NCBI GenBank assembly: GCA_003990765.1
Contig: RBNJ01000254.1
Span: forward strand, 1-35,290
DNA: 35,290 nt
DNA from: Jimgerdemannia flammicorona
Taxonomy: Eukaryota
Reading direction: 5' to 3'
The notes under the pieces are model-generated. The model did not search any database. It was not told the origin of the DNA and worked only from the letters and a program-made list of their open reading frames with translations. How positions within the stretch are numbered: the first letter of the stretch is position 1; every line of letters begins with the position of its first letter. This document shows positions 1 to 13,409 of the stretch, one piece after another. Made by a program: the position numbers and the translations under genes.

Positions 1-93
<93 letters not shown>
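1..93. repeat. Poly-A homopolymer (93 nt) at the window/contig edge
   Basis: Directly visible run of A at 1-93; probably the cause of an assembly break. Confidence 0.95.
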
Positions 94-98
<5 letters not shown>

Positions 99-484
99 GA
101 TACGAGAAAAGAATCCAAAGAAACCAAAAGCCCCGGGATGACTATGAAAACTACCCGCAAAGCAATATACCTTAGGGTATAAACAAATTTGCAAGGAATG
201 CAAAGTTTAACTAGGAGCTAACGCTCTTTAAATAATAGTTTCCAGAAGCCAAATCTATAATACTTAACGGCACAAGCCTGGAGATTCAGATACTAATACA
301 GTGGTATTAATCAATGGCATGTAATCGCTATCCAATTATTCTAATTATGTACGTCAAGAAGCTTAAATTGCATTTTGGAAACTGAATGATAAAATGAATA
401 AAGCAAACATAAATTGCATCGCAATGACTTCGTATAGTCCAATCGCCGATGCTCTCCGCTTACGGCGTATGGCTCAAAACTACC

Positions 485-3400
485 TCATTCACGCTTCGTT
501 CCTCCAAACAATTTATCTAGCACATCCAAATTCCCCATCGTCACTTTCAGTTCGTTCCTCGTCTTGGTTCGCTCAAAATATACGGGGCAATCCATCGAAT
601 CGCACGGATGGAGGCTAACTCCACTCCCGGTATCGATCCTATCCTCGGCCGCAAAAGCAGACTGACCCGCGGTAATCATCGAGCACGACGCACACACGTC
701 CAGAAGCTGCGTGTACTTGACCTCCGCTTCATGTTGCTTCATGGATAGATGATACGTGGAGGCCGAGGGTTTGGCTCGGCATTTCGAGCAGAGTTCTGTT
801 CGACGATATGCGGGTAATTAGCTATATTACGTCAATCGGTTAGATCGACTCGATGTGGACTAAACAGTACCTTGATTAGTCACCTCCCGACACACCAAAC
901 AATGTCGGCTAACGTAATACTGATCGATCGTTCTCGCGTGGCTTTGTCGAAAGACTGAGCCTCCTGCTCTCGGTGGCTGTTCTGCGAATGTTGTTGCACG
1001 CTGGATACGTGGCATTTCGTTGAACCAAGATTTTATATCTATTAATATAATAAGAAATCAAGGCATACAACCATTAGTAACTGATTTGACGTAATGCGTA
1101 GGGACAAAAAAAGGGTATTTGTCGCTTAATTGAACAATCACCTGCACCGACGAGACTGAATACCCTCTCGAGACTTGGTATGATTTGTTTTGTGATATAG
1201 TATTGAGCATGCAACCTCAATGACCTGTATTAAACATGATGCCTCTAATATAAATCATGGCCAACGACTTGAAAATGTCATGGAAGAGACCACAAGTCAT
1301 GCGAAAACGAACCTGTTGTTCAAAAACTCCTCTGGCGGCACAACCTGATCCCTCAGTCTTGCACCCGGACCTCCGTGAACGACGACGTAAGGAACACGCT
1401 CGCCGTACTGAGGTTCCGATCGGGGATCGATGACCATTTTCTTGGTGCTGACAAGGGCGCCGGGCGGGGGCTGGCCACGATTGCTGTTTGCCAAATGTTA
1501 AAATTGTTAAATGTGCGTAGCCGTGGCTAACATGGGGTCGTATCAAGATATTGTCAAATATACCTATAAAAGCCTAGTTTGACCTCTTTCGCAAAAATGA
1601 AATCCTGCAGCGATATGCGACCAGTAAGGATTTTAGTCCATTGTCGCTGCAAAAAGGCCTTGAGCTCCGACAGGTCTTGGGTACGAAACAATATTCTAAC
1701 AGAATATTGAGGGTGATGATTATTTTTATATTTGCGCAAATGCAATCAAGAAATGCACAAGGAATGGTGGCTAAAATCTCTAGCCGCACTGGCTTTATAT
1801 ATATATTTAGGGGGGAGAGGGGATTTCAAATAATAGGACTTACTTGAGAGACTGTTCCATAATTTTCTGAACAGCAGGTACGCCATCCCTTCTCACCGTC
1901 TCGATCCCCTTAGCATCGAACTCAGGCATCGTTTCATCGGGAGTTTCATACTTAAAACCAACGTACCGCTTCTTCGCGAGAAGCACACACGGGAGATAAA
2001 CCTATCAAGAAAAATCCGCGTCAGGTCTCGGGTCTTCAGGCGCATACAGCCATCTGACGCATTGTGGCGATACAACGTGATGTGAAGCAACCACCTTCTC
2101 GAACTTCAACCGAATCGGCGCCGGGTTCATCTTCGTGATGGTCTCTGCGATCTCGGCACCGATATCGAAGGCTTCGTCCTTGCTCCGCCCGGGAAGATGA
2201 ATGAACACACTGTCCGTATCGCCGTACACGACGCGAGCGCCCCATCGCTCGGTGGAGTTTATGATTTTAATCGTCTTTGAGTCGATTAGTATGTCGGACG
2301 TCAGGTTGTTGGCTAACGGCAAATGAGAAGGAGGTCGTAGATTCTATTCCTCACCCTCTCCAACGTCTCTCTCCCCGTTTGCACGATGCTATCGGCGATC
2401 TCCACGCCAGGCATGCGGCCCGAGTAACTTGCGCCCGTGTACCCGTACGTGACGTTGGTGATGTATTTCAAACCAAGTTGGCGCGCGTTAAGAAGCTTTT
2501 CTAATGCCTATAAGCACAAAATGGCAGTAATGAATACATGAATGAATGTATAATTTACTATTGTGACGAAATATCGAGATAATGAACTGACCTTATCCCC
2601 TTTGTTCTCCTTCATGGAACGTTTGACCATCACGCGGGTTTCAAGGATCTCAGTCAACATCTTGGCCAGTAAACCTTTGCGAACGGACGGCTTGACATAC
2701 ATCAGCCCGTTTGGAGACACTTGTTGGGGCAAGACGTAGCACATTCAATTACGGAGAACCGAAATTCCGACCGCATAGAGTTTATACGATATAGCAATAA
2801 GGCGCATACCGGTAATATAATCGCTCAGAACACTCAACAACCCAAGCGGTAAATCCAACGACGTCACGCCAAACTTCTTGGGGCCATTGGGTGGCCCGAT
2901 CTTGCCAAGACAGGTAGAGTAACTATTTTGGACACCCAACACAGGAATGAGAACTCCCATACGCACATAACGATCCACCTATTTTGTAAAAAAAAAAAAA
3001 AAAAAAAAAAGGGAAACAGCGAAAGTTCACCAATAATTGTAAGCAATCATGACGGATGGATAAAGCGATTGAAAATCCAAGACCACCAGCGGGCTGTTGT
3101 AGAACTTGGATTCGGGCTCCATCACTAGCGGTAGGCATTCAGCGGCCCGTTGTGAAGCCACCTAATTAGTAGGAGAATGTTTGTAAAATTTGAGGTTACA
3201 TAATACAAAATCTAAATTTATCGAATCCTACATCTCAGCGGAAGCCTTCCCATAATCTATATCCAAGGAAGAATCGACTCACCTGCTTCTTGTTCGGCGT
3301 GATGGCAATGAAGTTCTCCGGTTTAGCGATCCTTAGCATCATGGACTCGACCTTGAACTGTGATCCGCGCGAAATGACGGAGAAAAAGTCTACGCCGAAT

Positions 3401-6400
3401 ACGCGGGCAAACTCGCTCGTGCGCCCGACGACCTCCGACTCATCCAGCAGCTCGAGATTACGCTGCACGCGATCGACGTAGTATTTGAGCACGCGCCACC
3501 GCAGGATGGCCGGGCCGCGTGTGAACCAAGCCGTCAGGGTCGGGTATGAGAAGTGCGGGATTCTATATAGGAGATGGGGGATGCGAATCAGATGTGATGG
3601 CTTTTCTTCAATGAGATACGGGTGTGTAGGACGGTCCGAACCTCTGATGCAACACATGGAACGCCACGTTCTCGAACGTGTACACGTTCAGATTGACCTC
3701 GTCACGTATGAGGCGCCACACGTTCAGCATGTGGCGGCCGTCGACGTGGATGCTCGACGCCTGGCGGAATCCCCACGCGTCTTCATCGCGGCCGAACTTG
3801 GGCATCGTGGACGGGATCACGCGTGATAGCTCGCTGCAGAGGTTGATATCTAAATGGTGTAATAATTTTGAGTGTGAGGTCACAGCAAAAAAAAAAAAAA
3901 AAATGAAAGACGGCGGTACAAACTTACGATAAGCCATGCCCGCACGCTCGATCAGGTAGCCCCACGACGCATTGTGGATTTCATAGCCTGTCAGAATGTC
4001 CGGATCGTAGCGTCGCACCTTATCGACCAAAGTGTCAATCATGGATCGCTCATCGCCCACGTAGTCAATCTCGTAATCTAATGAACGAATGGTTGTCATA
4101 AGCGCCTTTTGTGCTTACCGAAAAAAAAAAAAAAAAAAAAGGAGCTGCAAAATAAAATATGTTTATGAAATCTTACCAGTGAGTCCAGTCTTCGACACAT
4201 TCAACCCGTCATTTTGTAAGATCAAACCGACTCTGTACCTGCATGCAGGCGACCCACAATTGCTATCAATTTTAGCACAGTTCACCGAAGTATATACAAG
4301 CAATGACGGCAAAGATTGTCCTACCCTTTTCGGTACCCATTTGTCTGCACGTCTTCGCCCTCCGTCTGCAGGCACCAGAAAATAACCGACACCGGGTCCT
4401 CGCTAGGGTTCGGCAGCAATTTTCCACGCGTATTGACTTTGACATGTAAGCGATTGATAGATATTGCCACAAACATGAGTCGATAACGAACCCAGACAAT
4501 ATATCCAATTCCCATCTACCGTCTAATCCAATCTCAACCCACCATGAACCTCGACGCTAAACAAATCGATATGCTGCCTATCGCGGACGGCGAGCGCAGA
4601 TTTGTTTTGGCTGAACTTAAAACCAAACCTGTTCTTCTGCGTGGGGCCTTCGATCTGCACAGGTCCAAATCATCAGTCAGGGTTGTACTCCGCTGCTATG
4701 GTATTGAGAAAACATTGCCTTGCATGTGGGATCAATGACGATACCTGCGACACGTCCTCAATCCTCTTCCCCAGCGGCGCAACGTTTATAGTCTTTTCTC
4801 CCATGGCCGGATTCAAACTTTCGCGATCGCCTATATTGCAGGTCCCACGGATTCGAACTCAGTATCCCAAACAACATTCCCATCATAAACACATGCAACC
4901 ACTCTATACCTTCTATTTTCGCCCTCCCTGCTCTCTCCTTTTCCTCCTCCTCCTTCAGCCACCGCTCCACTTCCGTCAACGTTGGCGGCTCTCTCGCTAA
5001 ACTCCACGTCCTAATTCCCGTCTTTCGTCCCCGCTCTACCCCCTTCGCTCTCTTCAACTTCTCCAACGCTGTCATTTCCTTCTCCCTCTCCGTCTCCTCT
5101 TTTTCCTTCCCCTTCCCCTTCCCCTTCCCCTTCCCCTTCCCCTTCCTCTTCTCCCCCTCCTCTACCTCCGCCGTACTATCAACCCGTCGTGTATTAAATA
5201 CTTTCAAATTCCGCACACTTCCGGATCTCAGTCTAAACTCCTTCCCCGCAAATACCATTGGCCTTCTCGGCACGTCCGCTTCCTTACTGAAATACGGCTC
5301 GCGATACACCACATGCGGTAACCCATGCTCGGTCGTTAGCGTGCACTCAAGGTCCTTGGCTGTCGGCGCCGGCCGGGCGAGAACGTAGGTGGGTCTATTG
5401 TTCTTGCGCGTTGGCCAGTCGATGAGCGTGGCGAGGTCGAAGTTGGGGTTGTCATCGGAGGTCATCGAAATTGATTTATATAGGGTCGGTGGTAGGCTTT
5501 CGGATGTAGAAGTAAAGGGCATAATGTCCGTGCTGTTTGTGGAGGGAACGTCGCTTGTTTGGGTGACGGTACGATGCGTAACGCCGTCAGGATCAATCGC
5601 TTCGGATGTCAGGGACATTCCCGCCTCACTGCTGGGCAGATTAATTGACGGATCCACTTTCGCACAATCCTTCTCCACAGACGCCTCAATACCATGGCCA
5701 TCATCTAACACCTCCCCATCCACTTCGATTCTCTCCTCCGACCCATCCATAACATTCGTAGGCGACCGCGGTACGGGCGGATCATCAAAGAACGCCCTAT
5801 ATTCCCTCTCCTCGGGCTCCGGCGACCACATCCCCCTAATGCTACTCGTGAAATACACGGCCCCCTCCGGCGCGATCCGCATCGCGACCTCCGAGGGTCC
5901 CAGCAGCGGTATCCTACGGTGCGGGGTGATGGTTCGGGGTTTGTCATCATCGTCGTGCAAGAGCGTGTCGAAGTTCTCATTCTCAGGTTGTGCATCGTCA
6001 ACATCTACCAAAAGAGCACGTACGTCGTCGTCGTCGTCGTCATCCCCACCGTAGATTGATGACGTTTCCGGCACAATCTGCGAAGAGAGTAATGCTTCGC
6101 GTGTGCCGGTGGCCGTGGGTGTTGATCTTTTGTAATTGAAGGCGGAGTCATTGTCATCGCTATTATTCACAATATCGTCCTCCATCCCCTCCGGCAGCGA
6201 TATACTATTCCACACATCCTCATCGCTTCCGCTATTTTCCTCGTGTTCCTCTCCAGCTGTATTTTTCTCCACACCTATCCGCTTCAAAACCGGCACCTCC
6301 ACACTCTCAACCACCCATTTAAACCTCTTTCTCACTCTCTCGTCATCAAACACATCCTCAAACCCAATCTCTTTCCCTTTGACGCCCCCGCCCTTCCTCT

Positions 6401-9400
6401 TCAACCGCCCCTTCCGCTCAACAATCACAACCTCCTCCTCTGTGATCTCCGAAAGTTTGCTGCGGTTACGCGTGAGCGGGCCACGCGGTATTGGATTCGG
6501 CATCGGCATGATGGCTTTGGGAGGGTTTGCGTGCGGTGGTTTCTTGACGCGCGAAGACGGCCCCGACAACGCCAACGCGGAGACCCGCCTCGCTAAGGGA
6601 CGAAGCACAGGCGGCCCGAGCTGCGGTGGCAGCGGCGATATATCAAGCGCGGGGTCGTTTTGCCGTGGCCGAGTACCAGCAACAGTGTTTGCGCGAATCG
6701 GTCTTTTACCCCTCGCGTTCGCAGAGATTTCATCCTCCTCATCCCGTACGGTGAGGCCGGAGGGGGGAACGATGTCGGGACCCGTCGGTTTTGGTGACGA
6801 TGAGGAGGACGACAGGTCGCCTGAATTATCGTTCGCCGTCTCACCGTCCTCGCTTTTCTTTTCACCATCGGATTTCCTCCTCCCCAACGACAGCCTCCTC
6901 GTCTTCTTCCACCGCCTGTCATCCCCGTCATCCTTCCCATCTGCGCCACTCGCACTCTCATCCGCCGCCCCATCAACCTGCGGAATCCGTCCGCCTCCAC
7001 CGTCGCGCGGCCAACCAGGCAACATCGCTGACGACATTATGATATCTTCCAATAGCGTCTCTTCCTCTACGTCATCTTCATCCATGATCTCCTCATCCAT
7101 CCCCGTCCTCTTCCTTTTCTCGCTCGTCGTTTCGTGCGCGGGCGACCCAGAAACGTGGTCGGACGACACGTCCGGAAATTCGAGGCCCGGGGTGCGCGTT
7201 CGTTTGCGGACAAGGGTGGGTATGCGAGGCGGGGTTTGCGAGTGGTGCGAGCTGTGGTTGGTGCTCTGGGTCGGTATGTAATCCGAAAGGTAGTCAGCTA
7301 TATCGCTATGGGAGTGTGTGTTGAGGGGGTGTTGAGTGTGGTGATTTATGGATAGATCATCAGAGAAAGCTCGGATACCATGCAGTCGACATACGTACCC
7401 AAAAACGTCAGCATCTGACATCACAACACCCATGCCCCTCTCCTCCTCTCTCTCCACTTCGACTTTAATCTCCCTCCCCTTTTCCTCCCCTTCCTTATCC
7501 CCCCTCCTCCTCATCCTCAACAACCCCTCCACTTCCCCCTCCTCCCCTTCCTCGCCACTATCCTCAATACCTCCATCCCCCTCCCTCGCCATCCACTCCA
7601 AAATAGCCTCCACTTCCGCATCCCTTTCCTTATCGCTCCCTTCCTCCTCATTATCTTCCTCCGCTTCCTCTTCCTCACGTTGTTGCGACAACCGTATCGC
7701 TTCGTGATCGACGATTACTTCACTATCTTGGCTCAATAGATCGTACGTCTCGAGCGAGGCTTCGAATGACTCCATTAGGTTCGCCGAGGTCATGGGGTCA
7801 GGCGGTGGTGTGGCGGCGCGTGGTGGAGTTTGTGGATGGACGTGACGGTGGCTACTTCCTTCCCCTCCATTGTCAGTCATTGTTGTAATCGTTTTAGCGG
7901 CCGCATCGACTCCCCTCTCTACCTCATCCACCACACCACCTCCACCCCTCTTGGGATACAACGCTTCAACTCCCCTCCACGCCGTCATAACATCTTTATC
8001 CCTCGGATCCCTCTCCCCAACCACACGCATGACCCCTTCCTTTCCGTCAGTGCCCTCGGAAGCGCGCGTGTCCTCCTCCACCAGCCGTCGCACCATCTCG
8101 CGAAGCCGCAGCTCGTCAGACCATGCGGCGTGCGGGGATCGAGATTCGTTCTGCGTCACGGGTGGGATCGTCGATGGGAGGCCTTTGTGCTCACGGCGGC
8201 GCGACTCGTCCTTTTTGGGCGGAGAGGTTGGAGTGTTGTGAGTGAGGATGTGAATGAAATCGGAGTCGGAGTCGGGGGGAGGATTCCAACATTTGGGAGC
8301 AAAACAAGACTCACCTCCCACAGAACCGCCAAACTCCTCACAAGTTTTGCTTCCACCTCCCCCCCACCGAACCCAGCTCCCTCCTCTTCCTCCCCCGCGC
8401 CCTTTAAAACTCCCCACGCCTCCGTCAAATTCGCATGTATGTCCCGCTCCTTCACTTGATCCCTATTCAATATTGCCATCACCGCCGTATCAACCTCAAT
8501 CTCGCACCTCGCCACCTTCCTCGCGGCATATGGCACCTGCCCCGCCACAGACTCTGCCCACACCAACCGCTCGGGCACTGTCTCGACGGTATACACGCGT
8601 GGCTCGGCGTTCTCCCCTTCGTCCCCTTCCGGAGCGAGAACTCTCGCCCGCTCTGGCAGCGGCGCCCTAAACCGCACACCTTCATCCGGCTCGACGCCGC
8701 GTCTTCCGATCCGAACCATCCCCATCCCGAACAGGTTGTAGTCCATCATGAACTGCAGCTCGAATGGGATGTGCGCCTCGTGCGGCTGCAGGGACATGCC
8801 CATCACGGCACCCGACTGGAGCAGATCAGCCACACGCTGGCGGTGGGCCGGATTCAGGAAGTAAATTTTGAGGTAGTAGCGGTGACCGACGTGATAGCCG
8901 TAGAAGGGAACTCCCTTAACTAGAACGATCGCGGCGATGAATTGCGATTTGTACGGGTTCGTGGGTGATCGATTGTAAGAGAGGGCCATCGCGTGATTGA
9001 GCGAGGTACCGAGTTGGTAAATGTGGCGGTGAACTGTGGGTGGATCGAGCAGGCCTGTGTAGGGGATGTAGAGATAAGGGAAGGCCTGGGGAGGCGATGG
9101 TGGAATTAGGACGTCTAATTTCTTTATTTATTTTATTTTTTGAGAGGGATCATTTTTAATTTATTTATTTTTTTACAAAGTCAAACTCACCCGGTGTACG
9201 TGTAAACATGTCTTCTGCCCGGCCTCGGTCGCGCCGAAAATTCTAATGATGGGCACCTCCTGCAGGGTTACGCCATTCGGGCTGAATGAGCAGAATGAGC
9301 GGTCCATGAGGCCCGGTCGTGCCATGTAGTGGTCAATGTTGACGACGCGGACGGAAAGGTAGGCGGCCTCGGAGATGGTTTGGGAGGAAGGGGTGGACAT
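485..9400 (-). CDS. REV3: DNA polymerase zeta catalytic subunit (B-family translesion polymerase), multi-exon
   Basis: Spliced translation gives the REV3 N-terminus (VRVVNIDHYMARP...VPIIRIFGATEAGQKTCLHVHR|AFPYLYIPY; KGVPFYGYH; PHEAHIPFELQFMMDYNLFGM; LWE|DESRRR), SQ|IEGPTQKNRFGF, DPDILTGYEIHNASWGYL, SRGSQFKVES, DFQSLYPSIMIAYNYC, YGDTDSVF, KKRYVG, KGIETVRRDG, EPQYGERVPY, and C-terminal Cys clusters (CLVC..CSKC; CASC..CDSMDCPVY). ATG 9400-9398, stop 487-485. Example introns: 9086-9190, 8211-8314, 7306-7398, 3850-3927. Confidence 0.97.
5105..5146. repeat. (TTCCCC)n hexanucleotide repeat encoding a poly-(KG) tract in REV3
   Basis: ccttccccttcccc... about 7 units; on the minus strand it encodes KGKGKGKGKGKGK. 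Confidence 0.9.
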
Positions 9401-9790
9401 GGCGATGGCTTATTATGGCTATATCAGAATCGTCTATTCGACGGTGTCCGTGGGGGGGACAGTCGTGTTGTTGACGTTTGACTGCGGCACTGGTCAATTG
9501 ATCTCTGGTGAATGACGTATTACTGTGACGTCGATGCCGGAGGGTTAAGATCACATATCCGCCTAATATAGCGAGAAACCGTTGAAGAGTATTATGTGGG
9601 AGCGTGGGAAGTGTTGTTTTACGTTTAATTGTTCTTTTGTTTAGTAATTTCATTTCTTTTGGACATGTTGTCAACGTGGCTGCCATGCAGTCAACGCATA
9701 AATGCATGCATGTTACGCATGTATCTTCAATTAAAAGGAAGTTTCGTTGTGTCCAACTGGCAACAACAGCATGACCCTCACTCCCTCCTG

Positions 9791-9797
9791 TATAAAT
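9791..9797 (+). promoter_or_regulatory. Putative TATA box of the WW-domain gene
   Basis: TATAAAT about 40 nt upstream of the ATG at 9833, followed by a pyrimidine-rich leader and CACACC-ATG context. Confidence 0.55.
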
Positions 9798-9832
9798 ATT
9801 AAATCGCCCTCACTTCCCCTTCCTTCCACACC

Positions 9833-10348
9833 ATGACCACCCAAACCACACACCAAGACCCAAGACCCCCCTCTCCGACTCTCGCCCGCCTCGGCTTAGA
9901 CCTAACTGATATCTCGTTCCACTTATCCTCTGGCCCCCGTGACCACCGACGCGTCACAGAAACGACCACCTCCCTGCAGGACCCATGCCACAAGCGGCTT
10001 CCTCCCTACTGGGAAATCCGACAGGACAAGCACACAGGTCACGCCTACTTCGTCGATCACCACCATCGGCGTACGACGTGGCACGACCCACGCGGCCCGC
10101 TGCCGAGAGGATGGGAGATGCGCGCCGATCGACATGGGTTGTGGTACTTCGTTGATCGGAATACGGGGACGACTACGTGGGAGGATCCGAGGATGAAAGG
10201 CGCGGTGGAAGAAACTAGCGGTGATGGAAGGGAAGAGGTAGGGATGGTGGGTGGATGGTGGGGCAGTGGGGTGTGGGGTATTGTGGGGTGGTTAGTGGAA
10301 GGGTTGTTGGGGCGGCGTGAGCGTAAAAGGATCCAGGAATCGGTGTAG
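9833..10348 (+). CDS. Small intronless protein with two tandem WW domains and a Gly/Trp-rich hydrophobic C-terminal segment
   Basis: 171 aa ORF containing [32 protein letters not shown] followed by [33 protein letters not shown]; both fit the WW consensus (W...YF...TTW..P). Confidence 0.9.
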   Translation: MTTQTTHQDPRPPSPTLARLGLDLTDISFHLSSGPRDHRRVTETTTSLQDPCHKRLPPYWEIRQDKHTGHAYFVDHHHRRTTWHDPRGPLPRGWEMRADRHGLWYFVDRNTGTTTWEDPRMKGAVEETSGDGREEVGMVGGWWGSGVWGIVGWLVEGLLGRRERKRIQESV

Positions 10349-11886
10349 AGATTTGTTGGGCCGTGGGCATAAGAGGTTTCTCTGGTGTTCGGATACAAAG
10401 AACAATTTGAGTTGCATCGATGTATATTAAGAGGAAGAGAAAAACATGTAAATGTTTTGATTCTCCGAGTATATTACTCCACGGGCGACACTGGCCTGGC
10501 AGACGAAGATTGACGTCGTTATACACCTACCTACAAAACTGAAGAGGTTCTTTGGATCCAATCACTCAGCCAGACTTTGGTACTTATAGGTTTGATTTTC
10601 CAAACGTTTTTTTCTTTAAATTAAAAAAAGGACAAAAAAAACAAACCATCATCTTTTTACAAATCTTCAAAGGAAGAATAAAAGGCGAGTATTAAAGTGT
10701 GATAGATATCTTTTTGTCCAAAGACAAAAAAAAAAATATTATTCGCAATATCGCCTCAATTCCGGCATTCAACTCATAATACTCCCGCCGTCTAAACTGA
10801 CTCGCCGAGTACATCCTTTTCGAGTCAAACAAGAATACTCGGTTAACTAGTAAGTAATGACAGTCTACGTTTACTTGTTGGTGCATTATATATCTCCATG
10901 TACATATTATACTACCAACGCTATATTGTCTTTCCTTTGGCAGTAAACTAGCGCAAATGACCTAGGGCATTGTAGGCGTCCGTTGCAAGCGTAACAAGGG
11001 AGGCAAATAAGTGGATGCAGGCACGGTTTGGTTACTTATGAAACAGAACCTTAGGTAAGGGCGAATGGCGTATGTTGAGAGGTTGCCTGGGAATTTCGAC
11101 AAGAGTATGGCACCATCGTTAGTCCATAATTATGTCGAGCACACTGATCACGTGGATTTACACCACGCGAAAATTTTTTGATGACACGTAAATTCGGTTA
11201 AGTTATAAAAGAAATAGGCCCTTTAGTAAGTTTCTTAGAATACCATTTTGGTAATATAACTAAAATAAAAATATAAAAATATAAACTCTTTATTATAACG
11301 TTACAATAACGAAACACAAAACCTGCTTCTGCGCCTCCCATTACAACCATCTTCATTCATGTTACGATCGCTGAGGCAAAGAATGAGGGAAGGGAGAAGC
11401 GAGAACAGCCGCTAGCAAGGGCCGTATGTGATTTGTCACTACGACACGCTATTTTTTACAGCTAAAATTTCTTCTGTAAGATGGACGTAAAGTGAGTTAC
11501 CCATACTTGTGTATCTGATGGATGCTTCATGGAATGATACACTTGAATAATTTAGGAATATGCAAATATATATATTCAATGATAAGGTAAAATAGACAAG
11601 TGGCCTCCTCGATATATATATATAACAGTCCAAACGCGCACCATCAACTTCGTATACCTGTCCACTCGCGCAGGTAGAATACAAAATCCTCTACCGTCGG
11701 GTGCCGTTCTGAAGACTTCCCGCACCAGCGCACCCAATCTCACGCTATCTCGCCTTCATCTGGGCCCGGCCCGTCATTAATACAGCGACCTGCGAATGCG
11801 GATCCAAACGGTTGCGAGTTAGACACCATGAAATGCATGATGATCTCCGATATTCCCAATGTGTTCGCCAGGACTTCACTGGCGAC

Positions 11887-13409
11887 TTAATCGAGACTTT
11901 CTTGTGAGTAGAATCGACTTTGGTGAATGTTGACGGAAACTGAGCTCAACGCGGAACTTGTCTCAACAAAACTGAACGTGCTGCTTGAAGAGGTTGTTGT
12001 CAGCCGTTCTTTATGAGCGGCTTGTCGTTGGGCAATATACCACAATGCATCTGGTGAGAATAAGAACTTGACATGTTTTGGGCGCCGTCCATAGAAGCTC
12101 TTTCCAACCATTGCGATGCTATTAGATTGTTCATTATCACACGGTCCGTCTTGCGTCAAGTTTTCAGGATGGGCAACCTTGCTGTCTTCGACATTTATGT
12201 ATATATATTATCGTTCAGGTCCTCATATAGGGTTTCCATCTGAATCCGTTTATTATTATTATTATTGTTATTATTATTTAAAAACGAAACATTAAAGATA
12301 AGTGACAAATCACAATTGTACTGGTGTTCAGATATGGAGCTTCTATAAACCTGGGTACCCTCGTTTTTCTCATTATTGCCTTCTTTTAAAAATCTGAGTC
12401 GTGAAAAGCATAAAAACAAACCAACTTCCGTAGCACGTGGATATGTAAAAATGGAATATGACCGTAATAAATCAGTGCTCGGATAATGTAGATCGTCTAC
12501 ATGCCTGCGACCAGCGTTAAAAATGATACACAACTTGTCTCATAGTTGGTCGTTTGCTCGGATCCAGTCTCCAGCAATTGCTGCATTTTTGACGCAACCC
12601 CCGAAGGTAGCACACCGGTAACAAGCTCCCACATCACCGTTCCAAAACAGTACACATCTGACACCATTGTACGAGTTTGCTTGCCGTCCAAAACTTCAGG
12701 TGGCATATAATCTAGCCGGCCGTAGACACTGCTGGAAGCTTGGACCTCCCCCACCGATACGCTGAGACCGGTGTCAATAAATGGCATATCAACATCTGGA
12801 GTGAAAAAACATGATGTCACCAGGGTGGAGATCGTTATGTATGAATCCAGCTGGGAAGGGAAGGTGCCAAAATCGGCTATAGTGGACCAATTGTAAACTG
12901 GGAAATGTTTGCTCTGGAGAGTACCATCGCGAGCAAGATCCATCAAGATCAAGTAACGTCCAGTCGAGGGATGTTGTGAGAGTGCATGTATCTTAATATA
13001 ACCTTGAGTTGCATCAAGACCAGCTGGCAAGGTAAAACAGAACACGGTATAAATATTTAATCTACTGCCGATGAGCCATTATACAAAGATAGGCCAAAGA
13101 GTATTGGTTCTGACCTCTGGTATCATTTCGGTATTTAACTCCTTCATGGCGAATATTTGCTTCACCGTGAGACCGGATTCGTTGGTACTGCTTTATACGC
13201 AATTGCGAAAGCACCTTGCCCAAGTTTTTCGATATCGTTGAGTTGGCCTCTAATTACGGCATACCGAGCTTTTGCAGATGTTCACGAAGGATATCCTCGG
13301 AATCAGAAAACCGCTTCTTTTGTTCTTCGAGTAGTTTTCGCGGGAATTCTTCAAGTTTAAGGGAAGAAAGGCGGTCAAGGTATAACTTGAGGCGGTTGGA
13401 GTGGGTCAT
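11887..13409 (-). pseudogene. Disrupted protein kinase (tyrosine-kinase-like, HxDLHxGN type)
   Basis: Kinase subdomains appear in order but in different frames: LGQGAFAIAYKA (~13224-13189), IFAMKEL (~13155-13135), YLILMDLARDGTL, GFIHNDLHPGDIM (~12848-12810), IDTGLS, VYGRLDYMPPEVL, SDVYCFGTVMWELVTG. There are stops (e.g. 13254-13256) and several frameshifts. The 3' boundary is approximate. Confidence 0.85.
12250..12278. repeat. (TTA)n microsatellite
   Basis: ttattattattattattgttattattatt. Confidence 0.8.

Noticed and set aside
1..93. Poly-A as a retroposon tail or telomere
   Set aside because: No upstream context is available and it is not a telomeric motif; most likely an assembly edge.
4758..8417. 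1219 aa ORF as an independent gene
   Set aside because: It is the internal region of REV3; splice sites join it to the N-terminal and polymerase exons.
5389..8923. Long plus-strand ORFs (e.g. 6136-7281, 381 aa) opposite REV3
   Set aside because: Ser/Pro-rich antisense shadows of a purine-rich coding exon, with no domain signal.
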